Part shown: positions 44,944-54,479 of the stretch, one piece after another | Layout of the letters: the number at the start of each line of letters is the position of its first letter | How positions within the stretch are numbered: position 1 is the first letter of the stretch | Origin: Paramoeba atlantica | Lineage: Eukaryota > Protista > Discosea | Reading direction: 5' to 3' | Length of the DNA stretch: 64,000 bases | Assembly: GCA_977017575.1 (NCBI GenBank) | Contig: CDRNVI010000009.1 | Coordinates: 496,001-560,000 of the forward strand | Made by a program: the position numbers and the translations under genes | The notes under the pieces: generated by a model | The model's database searches: none | The model's input: the letters and a program-made list of their open reading frames with translations, nothing else | Told to the model about the DNA's origin: nothing

Positions 44944-45983
44944 GGCTAGGGGGGACCTTCGATGAATCTTCATCGAAGGTGTTTTTGACTTTTTTTGACT
45001 TTTTTAACTTTTTGTTTTTGAACGAATTTTTCCATTGGCTGTTGAAAACACGTTGCATGAAACATATAATTTCATTTTAAATTCAATAATGTTTTGTTTT
45101 TTTGTCTGAATTCTGACTTTCCGTTTTCTTTCACATTTTGGCTTGGGGGTACGTTCGTTGATTTCTCAACGAACGTACCCTGTGACCGTAAAAAATATGC
45201 AGGACCTTAGAGGGAGGAGGAAGAAAGGCCCAACTGATAACTACTTGATAATCTTGATAATCTTGACCAACTACCTTGATAACAAATTTTAGCACCCATT
45301 CGTGGGAAGCAATTGGCGAAGCCCAACTACCTTGATAACAAATTTTAGTACCCATTTTGGCCGCGCGGGGGCCCCCGCGTGAGCGGGGGTGCGCGCGGCC
45401 GCGAAACGGCGAGGGCCCGCGTGAGCGGGCCTGAGCCGTACCCCGCGTAGGGTTCCCCTATGCGTCGTTAGTGGGAAACAATTTGCGAAGCTCACTGAAT
45501 TTCGTAGTTTTCGCTACGCAGGCGTTGTCAACGTATATAGCGAAGTGTAGGATACTGAACGCACGGAAAAGGAAAATCAAAAAAAATTCTTGGATGTTCC
45601 ACAAAAGTCCTTGACTTATGCAAAAGTCCTTGATTTCCACCGTAAATTTCCGTTCGTTGAGCACTCAACGAAAATCCGGCACTTCGTTGAGTACTCAACG
45701 AAAATCCTGTGTTTACCCCTTCCGCAGGATTGTCGCTCAAAATATTTATATGGATCAGTCAAAAACGCTTCGATGAAGATAAACTGAAGAAACGGTGAAA
45801 TTCCTCTACGAGCCTTCACAAAACACTTCGATGAAGCACCAAAAAAGTCAAAATGTCTATATGGATCCGCGAAAAACGTTTGCGTGAAGATTTAAAAAAA
45901 TAAAAGAAAAGTCAAAAACACCTTCGATGAAGATTCATCGAAAGTGTACAACTTTCAATGTGCTTCATCGAAAGTTGTACACT
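44944..45983. mobile_element. Non-coding palindrome-rich module with perfect 36-bp inverted repeats (44958-44993 and 45907-45942); MITE-like, function unknown
   Basis: Inverted repeats verified base by base; TTCGATGAA motif about 7 times; several internal hairpins; no credible ORF. Confidence 0.5.
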
Positions 45984-46022
45984 TGTTAAGACCCTTTCTT
46001 TTGTTAAGACCCTTTCTTTTGT
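45984..46022. repeat. 18-bp satellite, about 2 units
   Basis: Read directly; abuts the B2 end of YR5. Confidence 0.9.
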
Positions 46023-49000
46023 GAATTTCATTTTGTGTGAATATCGTACTTTGTAGAGATACTATATAAAGTATACGCCCATTCAGGGTAAGGTTTGCAA
46101 TAACTATCAAAACATATAGTTGCAGAATAGAATGATATCAACATTCGTTTTGTCGACCTATAATATAAACTACCTAAATCAAAACTATACGATAGGGCAT
46201 CGCGCCTGGCCGGCGCGGGGGCTGGTGGGTGGTCGCAAAAATTATCGAAGTAAAGTGAAGAAAATATTGTCCTAAGAATCTTCTTCTAAGAAATATTATA
46301 TGAAATAACGAAACAAAAGTACATTACACGTAAAGTTTATGCGTAAAAGTGCAGTATATGCTAAAGATGTATTCAAGATTGCACTGGTTGGTGCGTGCAT
46401 GAAACACGTTAACCACTGCACACTTCCTAAAATTCTTTTCGTAAACTCATAGAATTTCATTTTGTGTGAATATCGTACTTTGTAGAGATACTATATAAAG
46501 TATACGCCCATTCAGGGTAAGGTTTACAATAACTATCAAAACATATAGTTGCAGAATAGAATGATATCAACATTCGTTTTGTCGACCTATAATATAAACT
46601 ACCTAAATCAAAACTATACGATAGGGCATCGCGCCTGGCCGGCGCCACCACCCTCTCGCTACTAACTTTCCACCCCTTTCGCGTTATCAGGGTCTGCCTC
46701 GGCATAACGAAGTCGGCTGATTTTGTCGGCAGGGTTACTTTTCGTGCTCACGTACCGCGCATCTACGGCAATTCCTTGCTTTTTAATTACATTCAAAACC
46801 TTTTCAAGTTCGTCAGAAACGCCGGAAGATTTCGATATTTTCCTATTGACGGCTGCCATGCACGAAACGTTGTCTACATATAAATCTAGACACGTCCCTT
46901 CCCGAAAGTGGTGTTTTAATTTTTCAATACTAAGATAAACGGCACGAATTTCTGCCCGATTGACTTCATAGTCAAACGATGCATCCCACTTACCGCCGAC
47001 ACAGATCATTTCTCCATAGTCCGTGTACAACACCCCTCCCCATCCAACCTTGGAGGCATCGGTGTACAAAACATGTTGGTGAACGACTGTATCCGGTCGA
47101 GGTTGAGGAGCAACGGGTATATTAGCTCGTAACTCGTCTCTCCATTTTGCTAGACCACACCTAGTAACCTTGGATAATGGCACAGCAACATCCGCCAATA
47201 AAGGGTAGCGATTCAGCTCGTTTATGCGGCGTCGCGTGATCCGTAAAATATTGTGAAAGCGGGGGAGGTTCATTCCTAATATCCCGGACGAGTAGATAAA
47301 ACGGCCAACACAGGCTTCAAGATCACTGTACGTCAGTATTCCAAAATGGTTCGCCTCTATTTTAGACAACACCTTCGGTCCAAGTGCGACTTTATGCGCT
47401 TGATGGTCGTAAAGCACGCCGTTATAAACATATTTCGTCAGTGGATAACCTTCTGCGGATTTAAATTTCGCGCTTATGCTTTTTGCCCTTTGATCGATAA
47501 AGTTCTCGTAATGTTGTACGGCATTGAAAGAGCCTGCGAACCGAACGCCATCAATATATACATCAATGGCTGACGAAGTAAAGCCATGTGATTGCTTGCA
47601 ATAGTGGGAATGACCCGCTATAGTGGCGGTCACTGTGTGCATAATTTCGGGCGCGCATCTGTGACCCATAGGCATTACTGTCATTTCGTACATTTCTCCC
47701 TCATGGGAGAACCGAAACTTTGCGCGTGACTCGAGGGGTAGTCCAATCTGAAAGAAACTACACGCCAGGTCACGTTTGACTGCGAATGAAGAGCTTACAT
47801 TATGTAGATAATACGCGGGATGTGAGAGAGGCACGTACGGCTCATATTCTTTTAACGACATATTGTCGACTCGCGTCCAAGCTATGAATCTTCGCCTCTG
47901 GAATTCTCCATCATCTGTGCGTTCAACTACTGAAAAGGGAATAATCTCTTGCATCGTTGGACGGTCCACCAATTCATTTTCCCCGACGCGGGAAATAATT
48001 CCATGTTCAACAAGAGCGCGAACATCCTCATTCGCAAGCCCCCCGCTCACCCGACCAGTTTTCGTTGTCCCCTCCGGGAGCTTAGCCAACATATCCCAGA
48101 CCTCTTCGAAACGGTACAAAGTCGCTGGGTTCATCCATTTTCGAACTTTTTCATAATTCATCTACGGAGGAAAACGTTTACTAAAAGTGAAACCGATTCT
48201 ATAGATGTAAATGTAATTGTGCATATTGATCTAAAAGTTTCCTTTTATCTTATATCATTCAAAATGGAACTATCTTAATCCGAAAAACATATCACTTGCT
48301 ATTGAACTAACGAATGGGTGATCGCCGGCACCCACCCGAATAGATCTTGAAAAGATCTATTCGGGGAATGTCAGGCTTTATATGCAATGGTAAATTCAGA
48401 TCGTCGGGGCCGGCCAATCTAGAGGAACGGCGCGGTCGCACTATTGTGTGACGTTTTTTGAGAGGATAATCATCGAGGTACGATTCGAAGTCTTTATAGC
48501 CCATCATATTGGTAATAGTTGTGTCGCTTTTTGGGTCCCTAGTGCAAGAGCTGTTGTCAAGGGGTTCTCGTTGTATCGGAACAACGATTCTGCTTCTTGA
48601 TGTTTCGCTAGACGTTGCACTTCTTCCAGGGTTAAGAGGCCTCTTGCCACTTGTTCGAATAGATACGTTATCGCCCCTCGTTTCAGCGAATGCGTTCCGT
48701 AGCCGTCCCCGAGAGTCGAACGAATTATTGTGTCCATTTCGCGCACGGTTGTTTTGCAGAGGAGAACCCCTTTTTTCATCTTTGAAACTTGTTGCGCTAT
48801 TTCGCTCGTCCCGTCCCCCTCCAGCACAGCGTACATCGACGCCCGATACGGGTCTAATCGAGTCGTCTTCGTCTTTCGTCCCCACCATATGACTACTCTT
48901 GCGCTCGTGACGTGGCAAAATTGTTCTTTGACTAAGTTTGACGTTTCGGTCCACCGGGACGCCGCCTTCCAACATATTAGTGCGGCTATGTCCTGGGATC

Positions 49001-49986
49001 TCGTTAGATTGCTTCGCAATTGCGCGAGAAGTAGAGGCGTTATCGGTTTCATTGAATCGGCTCCGCAGCCCCCTCGGATAACAATGTTTTGCAACGAAAT
49101 TTTATCGCATTCGTGTTCATTTGTAGACCATTGAATATGGCCATCAAGTTTCGGGCGTATGTGAGTTTCGTTGTGACCGCTATTGTCAACGTTTCCAAGT
49201 ATGCTACGGCGGACAAGGGAGTCACCTCTAGGCTTTTCCTGCAACAAAACTCGTTTAGTTGGTGCCACAAGCGTCCCCTCGTGGCCCACGTGCTTGTTGC
49301 CCACATTCCTCTCATAGTTTGAAGGGAGGTTTCTATGGCTGCGTCTGACTTTTTTGTCGCGGTCAGCCTCCACAAAAGATTGTCTTGTGCGGTTTTCCTG
49401 TCGTTTACAACGTTTGTTATCACCCTCCTTGACGTTATTTGGTCCTGAGGGGGCGCAGTATCCGCAATTCTAACACTTTGTCGAATCTTCCTCTTCTTCG
49501 CTTTTTGCGAGGTAGTTTGACATGAGTTCACTGATCCGGACGATAAAGTCTCGGAAGCTGGAGTACTTTTCACCCTTCGTTTCTTTCGAAGAGTACGAGC
49601 TGTTACGAGTGGGGGTCCCTAGTAGGACCTCTTACTGCCTTGTATGGCAGAGCCGTCCACCCGTTTTTCGAAATCCCCCGTCTTTGCGCTGGGACAATCT
49701 TTTTGCAAGTGTCCAATTTGATGACAAATAAAGCACACACGCTTTTTCCTTCCGACGCTACCTGGTCCCGCAAAAATTATCGAAGTAAAGTGAAGAAAAT
49801 ATTGTCCTAAGAATCTTCTTCTAAGAAATATTATATGAAATAACGAAACAAAAGTACATTACACGTAAAGTTTATGCGTAAAAGTGCAGTATATGCTAAA
49901 GATGTATTCAAGATTGCACTGGTTGGTGCGTGCATGAAACACGTTAACCACTGCACACTTCCTAAAATTCTTTTCGTAAACTCATA
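46023..49986 (-). mobile_element. YR5 with complete split direct repeats; gag deleted except the knuckle (49619-49768), YR frameshifted near 49055, RT/RNase H ORF 46662-48161 open
   Basis: A1 49769-49986 equals A2 46234-46451 (218 bp); B1 46452-46645 equals B2 46023-46216 (194 bp, 1 mismatch seen); manual translation gives CFICHQIGHLQKDC. Confidence 0.92.
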
Positions 49987-50730
49987 TAATGACCCTTTCT
50001 TTTGTTAATGACCCTTTCTTTTGTTAAGACCCTTTCTTTTGTTAAGACCGTTTCTTTTGTTAGGACCCTTTCTTTTGTTAAGACCCTTTCTTATGTTAAG
50101 ACCCTTTCTTTTGTTAAGACCCTTTCTATTGTTAAGACCCTTTCTTTTGTTAAGACCCTTTCTTTTGTTAGGACCCTTTCTTTTGTTAAGACCCTTTCTT
50201 TTGTTAGGACCCTTTCTTTTGTTAGGACCCTTTCTTTTGTTAAGACCCTTTCTTTTGTTAAGACCCTTTCTTATGTTAAGACCCTTTCTTTTGTTAAGAC
50301 CCTTTCTTTTGTTAAGGCCCTTTCTTTTGTTAAGGCCCTTTCTTTTGTTAAGGCCCTTTCTTCTGTTAAGACCGTTTCTTTTCTTAAGACCCTTTCTTTT
50401 GTTAATGACCTTTCTTTTGTTAAGACCCTTTCTTTTGTTAAGACCCTTTCTTTTGTTAAGACCTTTTCTTTTGTTAAGACCCTTTCTTTTGTTAAGACCG
50501 TTTCTTTTTTTAGGACCCTTTCTTTTGTTAAGACCCTTTCTTTTGTTAAGACCCTTTCTTATGTTAAGACCCTTTCTTTTGTTAAGGCCCTTTCTTTTGT
50601 TAAGACCCTTTCTTTTGTTAAGGCCCTTTCTTTTGTTAAGGCCCTTTCTTCTGTTAAGACCGTTTCTTTTCTTAAGACCCTTTCTTTCGTTAGGACCCTT
50701 TCTTTTGTTAAGACCCTTTCTTTTGTTAAG
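49987..50730. repeat. 18-bp satellite block, about 41 units
   Basis: Read directly; the ORFs called here are repeat artefacts. Confidence 0.97.
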
Positions 50731-53700
50731 AAACACGTAGAATGTTTTTTGAGCTAAGTCGCACCAACACTATCTCCAACGATGCTTCTTAGTGTCTCGT
50801 ATGTTACCTCTCTTTTCTTATCTATTTACATCAGCTCCCCAAAAATGACCCAATTTTCTCAAGTCACTCCTTTAAAGGAGAAACCCAATCCGCTGCGGGT
50901 AAATGATGCCGCAGCTGTGTATAAATCGTATGCGCAGACAGTTTTTCAATAAGCAACTGAAATTGATTCAATGTTGTCTTTTTATCTAGCTTTGCCCGAT
51001 CCGCAAGTATTTCAACTAAATTTTTCGTATTCTCATGCAATAAACCAAAATTCGAAGCTGGTATACACAAAAACTGAGTTTCTTTGAACATACCTGTTTT
51101 CACATATCGATTATGTTTTCGCAATATAGACGCTTTAAACAACTCACCACTATGTACATGACGCAAAGTGGGGCTACACGAATGCACAATCGTTAAATCG
51201 TAATACACTTCTCCTCGATCCGGCCACATAATCACAATGTCTGGGCCACTTCTTATAAGCTTTTCCTTTCTGCACGGATGCTTGTCGATATGCGCTGGTG
51301 ATACTTCGGCACCGCAATGTGAGCATCGATATGACGAGAAGATTCGCGGTTCTAGAACACAGGGGAGTCCAGCTTGAAGGCAAAGATCCGAGAGAAATCG
51401 TAACAAGTATGAATGCTTACGAGTTGCATTGGAACCAACACATTGAACGCATCCAACTACATGACTAAATATGTCTCTGCTTTTCTGTTCATTTCGGCAA
51501 CCTGGGCAAGGGATAGACGAGGGAATCTCTTTTTGATGAAGTCCTAGTCGTAGAAGTAAGGCATAGCGGAATAAATAGGGATTCACGAATCCAGTTAGAC
51601 AACACATATGTTCGAATGCCCCTTTTTGACGGGTGTGTTGAAGTAATTCCTTATAAAAAGGATCTTGGGAAATCTCTTGGAATTGCTTTTCTTGCACATG
51701 TCGAATGATCTGTCGTACATCTGTTTTCTTTAAGCTCTGAGGATTCTCTTTTAGATTTTCCGCATCAAGGTCAGGCCCGTACTCTTCAAGCTCTTTGTCA
51801 TTAAGAGGAGCAGTCTCTTGTATCACTGGGGCTGATGGGTTTACCTGTTGCTCTTCAATGATATTTCGAGATTGTACGTAAGCATGTTTCTGGATGAGCT
51901 TAGACGGAGTTAGGCCCAGGCCTCCTAAATCCCACGGCAGTGAGCATAGTGGTTGGAGAACTTTCTTAGGGACTTCGAGCCAATGTTCCAGGATGGTGTC
52001 TATCTTCTGATCGAAGGATTCGGCAATTTGGAATGTTGTATCCGGTGGATGTGCGCGTAAAAGGTACCCAAGTCTGGTATTCGTACTTTTTGAAAGTATT
52101 GCAAGGGAGAGGTTCGATGGACCCATTTTCTTTAACCTGCGGAATAAACAGATATGCTTATTTTGACTTTGAATTAAGTTCATGCGAACGTCTTCCTTTT
52201 CACCTACAAAAGCACCTAGAACCTTCACACATCCTTGGGTTCCTTGAATTCCGGCATGCAGTAGCGAACGCGGCATTTCGATGGTATGTTTACCTTGCAA
52301 AAACCTACATTTCTTTGGATTGATTTCAAGTCCAATGTCTTTGGCGACTTTGCGCAAAGTGAAGAAGGCTTCCATTAAGTCATTTGAATTTTTGCTAGAC
52401 AATGTCACATCATCAATATACGCTTTAACTTTCACATTTGTTGCTTGAGCTGCCAGTTTCGTTAAACATGGATGCAGGAAGGCGCAAAAATACAAGCTAG
52501 AGAGCGCAGATCCTTGTCGAACTCCTGAACTACTTTGGATCGTCGAATGAAGTGCGTCGTTTGCGAAGAAGAGTAATTCAGAAGGAGTTCCGTACTCAAG
52601 AGAGAACAGCCGAAGAAAGGGACGAAAGATTGGATTTTGGTATAGTTCTTTCGCAAGAGCTAAGCGAGAGGGAGTATTGAAAGCATTCGTGAAGTCTATA
52701 GTAAGAACAGAATTACCATCATTGTACTCGTCACTGAGTTCATGTATCATGGTTTCACATGCGTTCTTGTGAAGAACTCCTCTTTGAAAGGGGAGAAAAT
52801 GTGTGATTAGATCTTGCTGATGACGTTGCATGAGCACAGTTCCGCATAACTTCGTAAAGGTTTCTCCCATGGCAATCGGTCGCAATCATCCAGCAGGTTT
52901 GTTTATTCCAATTAATCTGCAACGGGTTAATCTTGTTCGAACTGAATCCGGGACATCTCCATTGACCACATCTCTTGCCATGCATGTCATCGCTTTGCAG
53001 CAAATTTCATCTTCAGCCAATATCCTCAGAAGATCTTCACCAAATCCAGTTGCCCCAGGCGCCGCTCCGCGAGCCAGCTGCTTCACCGCTTCTTGAAATT
53101 CTACGGAAGTTATCTTTGCAGTGTACGGGGCGTCTGCTGGGAGCTCTGGTGGATTTCCTCCTGGCGGATGTAATGCTGCGAGTAGAGCTGCTTTTTCATC
53201 CGCATTTAATGCGTTCCCAACATAAATGTTATCTAAAATTCTTGACGCCTTACTTAAGTTCCCGGCTCGAGCATGTAGCAGCGCTTTCTTGATTGATTTT
53301 ATATCACTGGTAGCTTCTTCATCCTTCTTCTGTGAAACTGATCGATGTTGAGCATTGTCTGGCGTTGGGCTCTCCGTGCTTCTTTGTTTTCTTTTAAGGG
53401 CCTTTCGTAGCGTCTTTAGTGAGTCTCTAGGTGCGTTTAAAAATCGGTGCCAAATTGACTCCTTCTCGGTTTGCACTTCGCAGGTTAAGTAATCTTTAAT
53501 AATGTCTCGAAAGATGTGTACCAGTTGCGCTGTGAAGGAAGGGTCAATTGGTATAAAGCTCGGCAAAATGATTTTATCTAGGCCGTAATCGTATGGGCAT
53601 GAGCTGCATTTAACCATGGGGATCTCGCTCTTTCGCGCTTGGACCATTTTGATGACCTGTATCTCGAAAATGGATATGTGCGGTCTCGCAGGGATATACG

Positions 53701-54479
53701 TTGTTCCGCTAGGTCCTTCCTCTCCTTCAAAAGGGGAGTATGCAAGAGTTAAAGTGACGTTGTCCTTTCTACAATATCTTCTATTCACCTTTGCATGTGA
53801 TGTGTGTAAGTTACCAAGTTGTCGCTTCCACACTAACTTGCACGTTGTGCCAACAGCCCAATTACTAGATAAGTGCATCACATGGTCTCTAGCTATTGGG
53901 AAGTTCGCATCACGTAGCCCTTCTTCCGGATCTGTCTCAATTGATGCTGTAGGTTCTATCTCTTCTTCGTTGGAGTCCTTTTTTGCCGAATCTTCAAGCT
54001 CCTCGTCCTCATCTGATTCAGGCGAAGTTGGTATCCGATCTGCGGAAATGGATGATCTTCGACTTTTCTGACTCAAAGATTCATGTTTTTCAGGATCAGA
54101 ACTCCAAAGAAGTTTGTACTTTGTTTTACCGGCTTTTCGTTTTCTGTAACCGATTTCATCGAGCGTCTGTACCACAACTGGACCCTTGCTACGCGTTTGT
54201 CTTTTATCCTTTATCACAGATTTTAACACACATGCTTTGGATATTTCTTCTGTAGGTTCATCTCGTTTTCCTAAAGTGAAGTGAGAATCAGACTTGATTG
54301 ACAAACTTTGTGGCGTTCCTTGCACACTGCGCGACGTGACTAATTTGAGCGGCTTGGGCGTAGCATCACCAGGAACCGATTCCGAAGTGTGTATTTCGAT
54401 TTCGCGAGAATGCATAGTGTAATTAATATTAATATTAATAAATCAACAAGGTACAGAAACTGTATCTTTATCGTTAAAG
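50731..54479 (-). mobile_element. Full-length SL-capped CRE element (CRE-H) inside the satellite; ORF 50864-54415 with one in-frame TGA at 52886-52888
   Basis: SL, 28-nt UTR, ATG 54415; KPAG*LRPIAMGE where other copies have G; YIDD and RLE motifs; satellite on both sides. Confidence 0.92.
54444..54479 (-). ncRNA. Retroposed spliced-leader exon at the 5' end of CRE-H
   Basis: Identical 36-mer, directly abutting the satellite. Confidence 0.88.

Noticed and set aside
52886-52888. In-frame TGA in the CRE-H RT as programmed readthrough or codon reassignment
   Set aside because: Other copies have Gly here, so it is a single GGA-to-TGA change. TAA, TAG and TGA all end ORFs elsewhere and long ORFs are otherwise stop-free.
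898-53292. Numerous short antisense and alternate-frame ORFs in the six-frame track
   Set aside because: They are shadows of the retroelement ORFs without motifs. Only the -1 frame ORFs overlapping the YR genes were kept, because they connect the slippery site to RT in several elements.
30330-54479. The four SL copies as functional SL RNA genes
   Set aside because: None is followed by a GT donor or a shared intron; each is joined to a different element's 5' UTR.
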